The notes beneath the pieces were generated by a model. The model searched no databases and had not been told where the DNA came from. It was given only the letters and a program-made list of their open reading frames with translations. Both the position numbers and the translations under genes were made by a program. From Eledone cirrhosa (lineage: Eukaryota), in contig OZ024749.1 of assembly GCA_964016885.1 (NCBI GenBank), forward strand, positions 186,001 through 250,000: a DNA stretch of 64,000 nucleotides, in the 5' to 3' direction. Of the stretch, positions 38,980-51,295 are shown piece by piece (position 1 is the first letter of the stretch; every line of letters begins with the position of its first letter).

Positions 38980-39643
38980 CTAGCAGTAAAGCCCGGCGTT
39001 GCTCGGGGTCGCTCAGTAGCTGTGTTAAAGTTACAATGTTAAGTTTCTTTTTTGGCTTAAAGTCTGTCTGCACGACTGTCTGTCTGCACGCCTAACGAAA
39101 TTTACAGATACATATATTTTAAATAAACTTATATAATTTTTGCTTTTTTTTACGAAATATTTGCTTGTTTTACGTAGTCTTTAAATAGACTTGTTTTCAA
39201 GTAAAAATATTGTTTTAAAAGGCTTTTAAATGGAAATGAAGCAAAACGGAAGCTTAGTGTTCGAACTGATGAATTTTGCAGGTCAAAATTTTGCTGGCTC
39301 GACAACTGTTCGTGTATTGTGTTAATGTCATTTTAAACGCTGAGAAAGCCAGCGTAATTTTTTTAATTTTTGCACGCAGAAAATGTAAACAGAACGTAAG
39401 ACGCTCAATGTAAACAGAACAAAGGGAAATAACTCGTCACTTACGCTCAAAAATCGATACATTAGATTCGATTTCGTCACATAGGGTGGGTCAATTTGAA
39501 ATATTTTTTTTCCGATGTCTTCGCTAGGGCTCAATGTACAAGTATAGCAATTTCGGTGCAATTCCGTCAGAGATTCTAAGAGGAGATGTGTGCCAAAAAT
39601 CGATAGACAGACAGACAACCACAGCTTTATATAGATAGATAGA
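38980..39643 (-). mobile_element. Nested non-autonomous Helitron (same family as 28583-29483)
   Basis: It has the same CTAGCAGTAAAGCCCGGCGTTGCTCGGG end and body. It splits the TATAATATA|TAACCAGC 5' end of its host element. Confidence 0.88.
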
Positions 39644-40149
39644 TAACCAGCAATTTCTCTGTCTGTCTGTCCGACTCTTTCAGTCTGTCTGTTTTTCTCA
39701 CTCTCACTCTTTCTCTTTGTAACACACTAACATTCCTCCCCTCTATCGCTGTGACGAATGGGGAGATGGAGGAGGAGGAGAGAGTCACTTCGTCACTTCA
39801 CCTCTGCCTTTCTTTCTCTCCCCTCTCACTCCCTCATTACGTACAGACATTAGGGCGGTGGATTGGCAGAATCTGTACATGCTTCATAACATGGAGTTAC
39901 GTCCCTTTACGGTCTCAGTTCAAATACCGCCGAGGTTAACTTTGCCTTTCATCCTCACGGGGTCGATAAAATAAAGTACCAGTAATGTACTGAGTAATTG
40001 CTGGCCTTGTGCCAAAAGTAGAAACAATTATTAGAAACATTGCTTCATGTTTACATATCTAAGCATTAGTAAAATAACTAATAATTTCAAAAGTAATTTT
40101 TCAATTCCAATTGTTATGAACAGCAAAACATTAATAATAATTTTGTTCT

Positions 40150-40281
40150 AAGAAATATATATACATTTCTGTGTGTGTAATATATATATATATATACACA
40201 CAGAAATATATATACATTTCTGTGTGTGTAATATATATATATATATACACACAGAAATATATATACATTTCTGTGTGTGTA

Positions 40282-40314
<33 letters not shown>

Positions 40315-40362
40315 GAAATATATATATATACACACAGAAATATATATACATTTCTGTGTGTG

Positions 40363-40407
<45 letters not shown>

Positions 40408-40415
40408 GAAATATA
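40150..40415. repeat. Palindromic ~50-bp minisatellite
   Basis: Units of ACACACAGAAAT-ATATATAC-ATTTCTGTGTGTGT separated by (TA)n. Confidence 0.9.
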
Positions 40416-42366
40416 TGGGCATTTCTCTGTTTGTCTGTCTGTCTGTCCTTCCCTAAAACTCAAATGTAGGTGCTACAGAAATATTACCTTCCCCTTCCTT
40501 TCTCCACTTTGGTACTACCAAGAGAAACACTGTCGCTATAGAAACATTACCTTCCCCTCTCCACTGACTTTGGTCACTGAGGCCGAGGGAATCGCTGGTT
40601 GCTATAGAGACATCTTGCACAAGCCAGAAGTAACCAGTTCGAGGCGGTTCTGATTTGACACCATGCCAAGGACCATTTGAAGATATATTTCCATCGTTAT
40701 ATCATAACGTTTATATTTCCGTCACTAATCTCTTTTTCTCCTTTTTCGTTTTAACATATATTTATTTCAAAGATTTCACCGTATAGATAACATATATATT
40801 TATACATGCATAAAAGACACACCGAGAGACGGTGAACATGTGGTGCCGAAAACATTTCTCATCCAAATCTCAACAATATCAGTATATACACTAGATTTGC
40901 TAGCAGAAAACCGCTCACCGGGTGGTTTTCTGCTAGTCTATATATATAAAACTGAGGATGTCTGTCTGTGTGTGTGAGTTCGAATCCCTAAAACTCGAGA
41001 ACCACCCAACCGACTGTTTTCAAACTTTACACATGTAATACTTATGTTTCAGGGAGTGTTCTGAGTAAAAAAAAAATTTCAAATTTTCAATGCCCTAGGG
41101 ACCACATTAGGCGATTTAGCGATCTCGCTCTATAATTCTTAGTCTTTCTCTTTTTAGATAAATACATACATATAACGTCGCGCCCTAATAATATCTGTCT
41201 GTATGTCTGACTGTCTGCATTACGTTACTTCCCTGAGGATGTCTGTTTGTGAGTTTGAATCCCTAAAACCCGAGAAGTACCCAACCGATTCTTTTCAAAC
41301 TTTACATGTGTATTTCTTATGTTTCAGGGAGTGTTATGCACATAAAACAAATTCAACTTTTTTATCTCCTAGCGCCCGCATTAGGTGAAAAACTTCATTT
41401 TTTCAGCTTCTTAGGGCTTTTTGGAGGCTGATTTTCCCGAAATTTCAAGGCATATTATGCACATAAAAAAAATTCATTTTCTTGATCCCCTGGGGCCCTG
41501 CATTTTTTCTGCTTCATCGAGGAAAATTTTAAAGATTATCTAGCCATCAGAGTATTCGGTTTATTTTCTTTACATATTGTCCAGGCATGCAGTTTTTCCA
41601 CGATTAGGTCTATTGGCGGCCCGCGTTCCAAATAACCTTATCCCGTGCAACACGGGGTACCACTGCTAGTTTACTATATTTGTAAGCATCATTGTTAGTT
41701 AATAATTGTTTCTACTATTGGCACAAGGGCAGCAATTACCCAGTACATTATTGGTACTTTATTTTATTGACCCTGTAAGATTGAAAGGCAAAGATTGAAA
41801 GGCAATTTGAATTTTATAACTAAATTATTGAATGTATTTATTAATTTAACTATGCTCCAGATTATCATTGAAAATATTTTATATTATTGTATATTGTTTA
41901 ATTTTGATATAATATAATAGTATAATTTCTATCAAATACAATAGATTAAAAATTTCACTTCTACCTGACTTAATATTTGAAAAAAAAACGGTCACGCATC
42001 ATGTCCCTCTCTTCTTTATCTCTTTTCCTTATGCAGTTATATATTCTACCATCTCTATCTTCATCTCTTTATCTTTTCCCTTTCTCTTCTATTTAGCTCT
42101 CTCTCTCTCGTTTGTTTTTTTCTCCAATACGCATATTTACATATTTAAATATTTAAAATTTATGTACTTATGTGTTTATGTAGTTATTTATTTTATTTAT
42201 GTATTTATTTTTTTCTACACTTTCTCCTACTCACCCTCTCCATTATATTTAGTTTGTCATGTTAGTACTTATGGTATATAAATATTGAGTTTTGTTGTAA
42301 TTAATCCCTGCCAAGACTGGAATTGAACCATCAGCACAGTTGAGGTATGTCATACATCAATTTATG

Positions 42367-42425
42367 TATTTTATCTGATGAGGACGTACTGAAAAAACAA
42401 CACAGTACCTCCGAAATATATATAA
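42367..42425 (+). ncRNA. Type I hammerhead ribozyme, interrupted by a Helitron (stem I 3' strand resumes at 43478-43484)
   Basis: TATTTTAT CTGATGA GGACGTACTG-loop-CAGTACCTCC GAAA TATATA TA A|insert|TAAAATA. Confidence 0.78.
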
Positions 42426-43477
42426 TCTACTATATAAATTTGAAGTGGTCGGACGTTGTATATGTAGGTGTAGTCGGATAAACATCGAAACGGCTTGGTG
42501 GAATGCAGCGAAAATTTACACAGTTATGCAGAATGACCCGAGGAGGCGTTGGGTCGACTTTCAAGCTACAAGCTTCCATGGTTACGGAGAAAATCGATGA
42601 AACAGGAATTTCCCATTCAAATTGAACTAAGATAATCTGTGAACACAGAAGTAAATATTTCGAGAAACGTTGCAACCGAAGGAAAATACGAAGATGATAT
42701 TTTGGTTCGTGAAGACGTTCCCTTGCAATGAATGGAAAAAAAGCGAGGATAATACGTCGTTATGTGGAGCGAGAAGAACAATTTCATGCAAAGACAAGAC
42801 CAAGTTTATGTTATAAATGAAGTCGTTATAGACTAATATTCTATTTAAAATAACAGAATGATTTCGAGCCCCGGAGTTTAAGAATGATGTAAATAAAATT
42901 GAAAACGAAAATGACAGAGGTTATTAAAATAGTAAAAGTAAATAGTGAAGATTTAGGCCAGTACATATGTATGCCTCGACGGACATACACATGCATACGC
43001 ACACACAAATACATACACACACACAGGCACGCGCGTGCGCATATGTATAAACCTTATGCATTTCTACAGTATTTTCACCAAACTTAAGACATAGGTTACT
43101 TATGTACTCGATGGTCGTGGGCACTTTCATTTTTTCAGATATTGATTATAGGGCCTCCCGGCAGATAACCCCCTTTAACCACTTCCTTGCAGTCGACTGA
43201 AGCACTGCAGTGCAATGCAACAAAACGTCATAACTTCTGGGGTTCACAACCGATTTTCACAAAACTTGACACATGGGCTACGTTTGTCCTATAGATGAAT
43301 GTGAACTCTCAGAATTGGTACATATTGAGTAGGGGACCCTTGGGGGCAGGAACCCCCTTTTGAAAAAAGCTGATGATTTTGTAAAAGTATAGTTTTCGAA
43401 GCAGCACTGAAGTATTGACAGAAATGGTATACACAACTACTATTTAATACCCGAGCAACGCCGGGTACCTCTGCTAG
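42426..43477 (+). mobile_element. Non-autonomous Helitron
   Basis: Starts TCTACTATATAAA after an A. Ends CCCGAGCAACGCCGGG..CTGCTAG before a T. Confidence 0.85.
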
Positions 43478-43549
43478 TAAAATATATTTTGATTACGTGA
43501 ATGTCTACATTTATTAATATTTTGAATTAATATATATATATATATATAT

Positions 43550-46500
43550 ATAATGAACGAGTGAAGAATAATACGGATAAGCTATGTAGTAGGGTTTATT
43601 CCAAGTATTAACAAATGATTCCTTGGCTCTGTGTGTCTAAAAAGCGCTGCAGTGCTGCTTTGACATTCGATTTGAAATACTCTTATCACCAGTGAAATTA
43701 TCAAAATACTGTTTTGGAACTAGCGATACGGTGTATTTATACTGAGGTGTACAGACAATAACATGAAAAATAATAAGATGAAAAGCCGAGTGAAATGAGA
43801 AATAATAAAATAAAATAAAATAAAAATAGAAAAATAAAGTAATAAAAAAATAAAATAAAAATATAAAAATAGGTATACAGACTTTAGGATGAAAGAATAA
43901 TAGGGTGATAAACAATATAGTCAGATACAAGTAAACCGAAAGATATATCAAAAGCTTTAAATGCAGGGATTTATATGTCCGATGGGTGATAAAGATAGTC
44001 GTTGTGCTTCTGAGCCTGTGGTTCTTAATCGAATGTCTATGTAAATACCACCCTTTCTTGAATTCCTTTGCTCTCTTTTTGAGAATATTAATATTTTTTA
44101 GGTTTTGGATCTACTTCTAACAATTCTGTATGTTTCCTTTTCCTTTTATGTGTAGGTTTAACGATTTCTTTGGGGGTTGACACATCGAAAATATCATATA
44201 ACACTTCTATTGATTCTTCATTTCTCGTGACCCTTTCTTGAGAAAACCTTTTTTTAACTGGTTTATGTATCTTATGTTCCCATTTGTGACCTTTTACCAT
44301 ATACATTTTTCCAATTTGTTTATTTACACATTTCTTTACCATTTTTATACATTCTAAAGAATACTTTGTCGCAAATTTTAAAAAATTTTGTAATATTTTT
44401 GTTATCTGATATTTTTCTTTTTCAACACTGTAACAGTTTGTCAAACACTGACTTAATCTTCCTTGTGAACATCAATTCCACAGGTGCAATGCCTGCAGGG
44501 GTATTAGGATTATGCGTTACCCAGTATACTCTTAAGAATTGTTGAAGGGCTAAATCATCTACTGGTATTACTACATACATCAGTACATTGTCACAAATTG
44601 AGTAAGAGTTTGAATCTGGGTTGTGTTCTGCAAACCACATATTTTTATTTATTTTTCTACTCTCGGTAATCTTTTCATTTTCATAATAAAAACGTTGTCT
44701 TTCACTTTTAATTTTATTTCTTCTAAGCTAACAGGTAAAATATACTTTTTATTTCTTTTTCAGCTCTTAATACCACAATCACTGTGTCTTCAAATGGTTC
44801 ACTATTTTTAGGCATCAATCTTGATAGACCATTAGCGTGTCCTCATTTTTTGGATGGTAGATACTCCATCTTAAAATCGTAATTTAAGAAAATGGTGCCC
44901 CAGCATTGTAATCTATTTGCTGTATGGGTGGGAATTCCCTTTGATCCGTAATTGACAACAAAGGACGGTGATCAGTCTGTAAACTAAAACTCTTTCCGTG
45001 AATAAACTTGGGAAATTTTTTCACGGCAAAAATTATTGCTAATGCCTCTTTTTCGATTTGGCTGTAATTCTTTTCTGCTGGTAGTAAAGGACGTGAGGCA
45101 TGAGCTACGGCGTACTACCATCATTGTATTTGTGCAGAACATGCCTCCAATACTGTGCTCACTAGTATCTGAAGTCAATACAATTTCTATTTTGGGATCA
45201 TAATGCGCTAATAAGTCCGATGTTAATATGTTTTTTATTTCTTCAAACGCCTTCTGGCACTTATCAGTCCAATTCCACTTTACGTCTTTTTTTTAGCAAA
45301 TTATTTAGTGGAGCTCTTACATGGTGCATATTCGGAATATATGTTTGATAATGGTTCGCAAACCCTAAAAATGCTTGTAACATAGTAACGTTTTTCGGAG
45401 GGGGCATATTTTTAATTGCACTTGGTTGACGAACATTTTCCTCGATGATTTGTCCTGTGTACTTTATTCTAGGCAAGAAAAATTCACACTTCTCATCGCT
45501 GAGTTTGAACCCATACTCTCTTATCTTTTCAAAAACATACTTGACATGCTCGACATGAGATTCACTTTTAATTAATACATCATCCAAGTATGTAATCATG
45601 AAATCGCAATCTGCCAGCATTGTATCCATAACTTGTTGGAATATAGCCGGAGCAACTTTTATGCCAAAGGGAAGTTGGTTAAATATGTAAAAAACCTTTG
45701 TGTATTTATTGTCAACAACTTTGTACATTTATCTTCAACATGTATTTGTAGGTAAACTTGAGAAAGGTCTAATTTTGAGAAAAATTTTCCACCCTCTAGT
45801 CTTGCAAAAATTTCCTCTGGACTTGGCAATGGGTAGTTGTGTAGTCTTAAGCATTCATTTAGTCTGCGCACATACACATTTTATTTTTTTTTTTTTTTTT
45901 TTTACATACACTGTTGTGGAACCACATGGTCTGTGTGGTCAATTTTTTCAATCACTCCCATTTTTTCCAGTCTATCTAATTTTTTGCTGACTTGATCTAA
46001 CACTGTAAATGGTACATTATGTTTGGGTTTAAATACAGGTGTCACATTTTCTTTCACTTAAATTTAGCTTTAATTTTAGTACAATGACCTAACTCATCCG
46101 AAAAATTATCGTGGAACCACCTTTTCAATCCTTTTTTAAAATTTTCTGACTCTTTGTTTGAACTGGCAGATGACCCAATTACATTTTTACAAAACATATT
46201 TATGGGTAAAGCCCATAAAACTGAACTACTCCATTCAGTCAGTAGCAAAAAGATTTGTTGTATTTCTTAATACATAAGCTTTAGCTTTTACAGTCTTGCC
46301 ACAAAATGTAACGTTACTTACTATTTTGCTTTTAAAAAATAATTTCTTCTCTGAAACGCCATGTGCAATCTTCAAGGTTTTATTTAATGTAGATTTCCCA
46401 GTTGCTTTCCACGTATCTTCATTAATTATAGTAATGTCGCTACCTGTATCTAACTGTAATTTAACATTCACATTGTTAATTTTTACATACACAAATTCCC

Positions 46501-47626
46501 TTTGAGTCTTGTTAATTTTTTTTGTTTCTGTCAATAATGTGTTTACATAATTTTTCCTGTTGAACCTTTTACGTGGTTTTGTTTTACAGTGTGATTTTTT
46601 TTTTATGTCCTGTTCTCCCACATTTGAAAAACTTTAAGTTTTTGAAAAGACAATTGTCTCTGAAGTATAATCCTCCACATCCAAAACTTGGATTAATTTT
46701 TTTGTTTTTTTTACTTTAGGTCACAGACTCTATATGTGAGCAGTCTCTCTCTTCGATTCTTTCCGTATCGTGTCTCATTTTATGATTCTCTGACATTCTT
46801 CAGATATTTTCTGCTCTAATTTTGTCAGAATTCTGGTAAGAATTTCCACATTTTTATTTGCAATAAATCCTTGCATGAAAATTAAGCTTTTAAACATGTA
46901 TGGGGTTAGTTCGTTAAGTTTAAATCTTGCACATTCCTTGTTAACGATCCCAGCATACGTGACAAAATCTTTGTCTTCTTTTTTTGTCAGATTCATACAC
47001 TGCCAACAGGTGTTAAATAAAGAACTTTTCTCGCTAAAAATTTTTGACAGGATATTTACTGTTTCCTTAAAACAGATCCCACCTGGTTTCTTATAGTTGC
47101 AGTATTTTTCATGTTCAACTGGAGCCAACTTTCTCAACAGAAATTGTGCTGCATTCTTCTCAGAAAATTTCCTCATATCTTCTAAAGTAAATGGAGAAGG
47201 TAATGCCATCATCTGGGTTATATGCGAATTCTCCTATTGAGTTCACCACAGGGTGAACTTGATGTATTTTTCGTTTTCTTCACTATTAATTCTATAAACT
47301 GTTGTTTCAACTGTAACCACTTGGGCTAGTAAATCTTCCATATTAAGGTTTTTTCTTTTCTTTGTTTTTACAAAAAAAAAAACTCCCTCCAACGTAAGCT
47401 TTGAATAACTCGTCACCAGTTATAATGGGGTGTTATACCTGTTAGTATATCTGTATGAACGAAGGTAAAACCAAAGTATTCACCAGATGTAATTTCGAAC
47501 TACCGAGATCACTTCAATGAGACTCCATACACAGTCTCCTGACAGTTCACTTCAGTTATTATTTATAGACATTTCTCCTAATCCACTTTTAGTTACATGG
47601 GGTATTTAGGGTTTTTCCCTACAACA
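43550..47626 (-). mobile_element. Decayed Ty3/Gypsy LTR retrotransposon (Mag-like)
   Basis: LTR-like 47421-47626 (TGTTGTAG start) and PBS TGGTGACGAG at 47409-47418. Gag remnant 46775-47212, protease LDTGSD (46235-46621), RT with LPFG/YLDD (45264-45877), RNase H and integrase remnants. A polypurine tract lies near 44047-44058. Confidence 0.9.
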
Positions 47627-47749
47627 ATATCTACAGCTGGACGCCATACTTAATGCCAACCACAAAGTGTGGACTGGGTGCTTTTTGTCATGACACCTAC
47701 ACAACCATTTACGGTGTGGACTACAGACTTAGCTGGGGATATCGGAAGT

Positions 47750-47972
47750 AGACCTAGGGACATGGTTGAGGAGTTGGTGTTAGGATGACATGAAGATGCA
47801 TACTAGATGTATGTTTCAACTCATGCAGTTTATTTATGCTTTGCTAATCATTCATATTACTATTACATATCCATCGAAGCATGTAAGCTTCAGTTCTTTC
47901 CAATCTTCACACACGGTGCCCAGTCCTCACTACTATGCATCATTGCTGGTCGTATACACGCATTATATAATT

Positions 47973-48009
<37 letters not shown>

Positions 48010-48570
48010 GAGAAACCTTTAGTTGTTAGTAGTAGTAGCTCCCTGAACTTTTTCCACCATGTTCTCACTCTGGCTACTGTACTTTTGGAACACCCACCTC
48101 CACTGCTGATTTGGTTACCAGGTAGCAGAAGCTGTCTACAACTTCTATGGAACCCTCCAAGAATTTGATAGCACTTGTTTCTTGTGGGTGTTTGCTGCCT
48201 ACTGCTCCTGTGCAATGACCACGTGTAAAACCTACATTCTTAACTAACCTACCTGAGGCTCCACTACATCTCTTGTGTACCCAGCGTTTGCATTTTGGAC
48301 AAACAGAGCCAGGCCATTTCTCTGAGGGGGTAAGGGCCCTGTTTTCCCTTCTACTTACTAGGTCCTTAGCTTTTGTCAGGTTGACTTTAAGACCCTTTGA
48401 TCCTCGGCCATGCTTCCGGATTTGGAATTCTCTAATTCTGCTATAGATTCAGCTATAAGTGTTAGATCATCTGCACACAGGAGGTCCCATGGGCAGCCAG
48501 TCTTACACTGCTCTGTTATTGCCTGCAGGATGACAATAAAAAAGAGAGGGCTAAGAAGAGACTCTGCGTG
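47750..48570 (-). mobile_element. Decayed RTE LINE fragment
   Basis: LSPLFFIVILQAITEQCKTGCPWDLLCADD and GGGCSKSTVARVRTWWKKFRELL. Confidence 0.85.
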
Positions 48571-49559
48571 ACACCCACATGCACTATTCACTATAGTCAA
48601 AGTTAATCCTAACTTTTCTGACTGCTCCTCTATACATGGCTTTATGATCATGTCTCCCAGACATGTACCAGACAGTGTTTCAGGCAGCTCTTTACAGTAA
48701 TAGAACCTTATTATGTACAGTCACCAACAAACCCCACATCAACAGATGTCCCTTTGCATTCAAAGCAACTCCCTGAAATACTGATACTCAATGCAGCTCC
48801 CTAAAATACAGATACTTAATCCCTACTTTGCTGGCTACCCCAGACATAGTCCTAATGAAATGAAACTCTGCTGGAGTCATAGGGGTACCTTAAAGACATA
48901 TGGCATTTGTTGGGTATTTTAAACAAGATGGAGACCACACTCTCCTTCCAGATCTGAATACATTTGATTTCTGCCAGAGAAAGGGATGTATGTGTGTGTG
49001 TGAATAAGTATATATATTGTATGGACTTGTAAATCCTGGGGGAGTCCTAGGGGTACTCTAGTGACATACAGTGTTTCTTGGACATTTGTTAAAACCTGCT
49101 GGAGCCCATCTCCGCTCTTCAGGCCTTAACACAATTGATATCTGATTAAAACTTGAAAATCAGATATTGTATGGATTCATATAGACTCTTAACTCCTGGG
49201 CTAAACACAGCCGATTGTCCCGGAGAGTGATAGAGAAGAAGTGAGAAAAATATATAGAGGAAGAAATGTCACCTGCTAATAAAAATGAGGAGGTTAAACT
49301 GGTTTCGGCATGACATTAGGAGATGAATGTTATGTTAGAAAGTCCTATAAGAATGACTTTTTCGCTAAGTTGCCATAGAGAAGACCTCCCAAGAGATAGA
49401 AGGATAAAATTTATAGAGCTTGCTGGAATACCGCTGCTCACATTGGAAAGAATTGCTCTCGACAGGAAAGTTGATATCTACATTTTACCAATATAGAAAT
49501 ATAAAATTTCCACTGTTAAATCTATCTCTGCATTTTAACTATTCTCTCTTATCTATCTA

Positions 49560-50958
49560 TCATCATCATCATTTTATGTCCGCTTTTCCCTGCTTGCAAG
49601 GGTGGGACGGGTCCTATTCAGCACAGCATCTCTTCATTCGTCACAGTCCTTCATCATCTCCTCCGTGAGCTTCAGCGATCTGAGGTCTGCTCTCACCACC
49701 TCCGCCCATGATTTTTGTGGTCTTCCTTCTGCTGGGATTTCTTGGCATTTCTTTACCCAGCGGTCATCTTCCATGCATATCACATGTCCAGACCAACACA
49801 GTCTTCTCTCCCGCACACTACAACTTATCCCTCTTAGACACAGTTTCTCTCTCAACTCATCTATGCTTGGTCACTCACACACATTGACATTGCACATCCA
49901 ACAAAGCATGCTTGCTTCATATCTCTCCAGCAGTCGCATATCCTTTGCAGTTGCTGCCCATGTCTCACTACTATGCAGCATCGTGTATCTCACACAGGCA
50001 TCATATAACCAGCCTTTCTTTCATAGGGAGAAACCCTTTTTTGTCAACAGAGGAAGCAGCACCCTAAACTTCTTGCAACCCATCCATATTCTAGATACTA
50101 TGCCCTTGGAGCACCCTGCTCCTTTGCTAATCTGATCACCTAGGTATCGGAAGCTATCAACCACCTCTATAGATCCTACCTACATTTGAAAAATGTGTCT
50201 ATCACTGCGACTTCTGTTGTCAAATTTCCCTGTACATTTACTGCATATGTACTTTTTCCCTACCAGTTAGTTTGCCTGCTATCCCACTACACCTCTTGCG
50301 CACTCAAGATCTGCATTGTGTACATTCTATAGAATTTATGCCAACTCCTTTTCTACATATCGAACATGGCCATTTCCCTGATGGAATCAGAGTTTTGTCC
50401 TTTTTTCTACTCATCAACACTTTTGTCTTAGCTAGGTTCACTCTCTGTCCTCTTGATTCCAACTGCTGTTTCCATAGCCAGAATTTATTTTCTAGCTCCT
50501 CTACTGATTCTGCTATAAGTACCCGATCATCAGCATAGAGAAGTTCCCTTGGGCAGCCAGTCTTAAACTCCTCTGTTATGGCTTGGAGAACTATAATGAA
50601 TAAGAGTGGGCTGGAATTCCTCACTAAACTCCATTCCTACTTTCACTTTACTGACAGCATCTCTGTACATAGTTTGCACTTTCCTCACAAGCCATTCCTC
50701 TACACCTAGTTTCCTTAGGACCACCAGATGACAGATCGGGGTACTCTATCAAAGGCCTTCTCTAGGTCAACAAAAGCTTGTAGTTCTCTCACTAAGAAGA
50801 GGGCATCTGTTGTACTTTTCCCAGGCACAAAACCAAACTGCGTCTCATCTAATTTGACCCTTTCTCTAATTAGTTGCACTAGTATTCTTTCTGCCACTTT
50901 CATAACCTGATCCATCAGTTTTATGCCCCTATAATTGCTCCTCTCCAGAGCATCCCCA
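49560..50958 (-). mobile_element. Decayed RTE LINE RT with (GAT)n tail
   Basis: QFGFVPGKSTTDALF, DLEKAFDRVPR and LLYADD. The tail reads (CAT)n on the plus strand at 49561. Confidence 0.92.
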
Positions 50959-51295
50959 TCTAATACTGTTTCTTTTTCATTTCAGAATACCAGATGACAT
51001 TGGGATGAATTAATTTTTTGATTTATCATCATTTTAAGGCTAAAAGTTTTTATACTGAACTGACAAAACACTGTTTATATGGATATGTCATAGAATTACT
51101 GTGAAATATTTCATGAGAAGTCAGTTTATTGGCGAAATTTATTGTCTTCACTATGTGGTATATATACAAGATGATTTTGTATTTTAACTAAACTTAGATA
51201 AAAAAGAAATTTGCATTATCTTCAGATGAGAAATATAATATAAAAAATTTTACAAGAAAAACATCTGAATATTCTGTTGGGAAGAAAGCAACATT

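Larger units (their letters stand above)
38425..41669 (+). mobile_element. Head-to-tail non-autonomous Helitron array (38425-38964, 38965-40936, 40937-41669)
   Basis: Each unit starts TC and ends hairpin plus CTAG. CTAG|TC junctions lie at 38964/5 and 40936/7. The array is flanked by A (38424) and T (41670). Confidence 0.82.

Noticed and set aside
42430-42830. CpG-richer stretch considered as a promoter or first exon of the ZNF gene
   Set aside because: It lies inside the Helitron 42426-43477 and there is no direct evidence of exon use.
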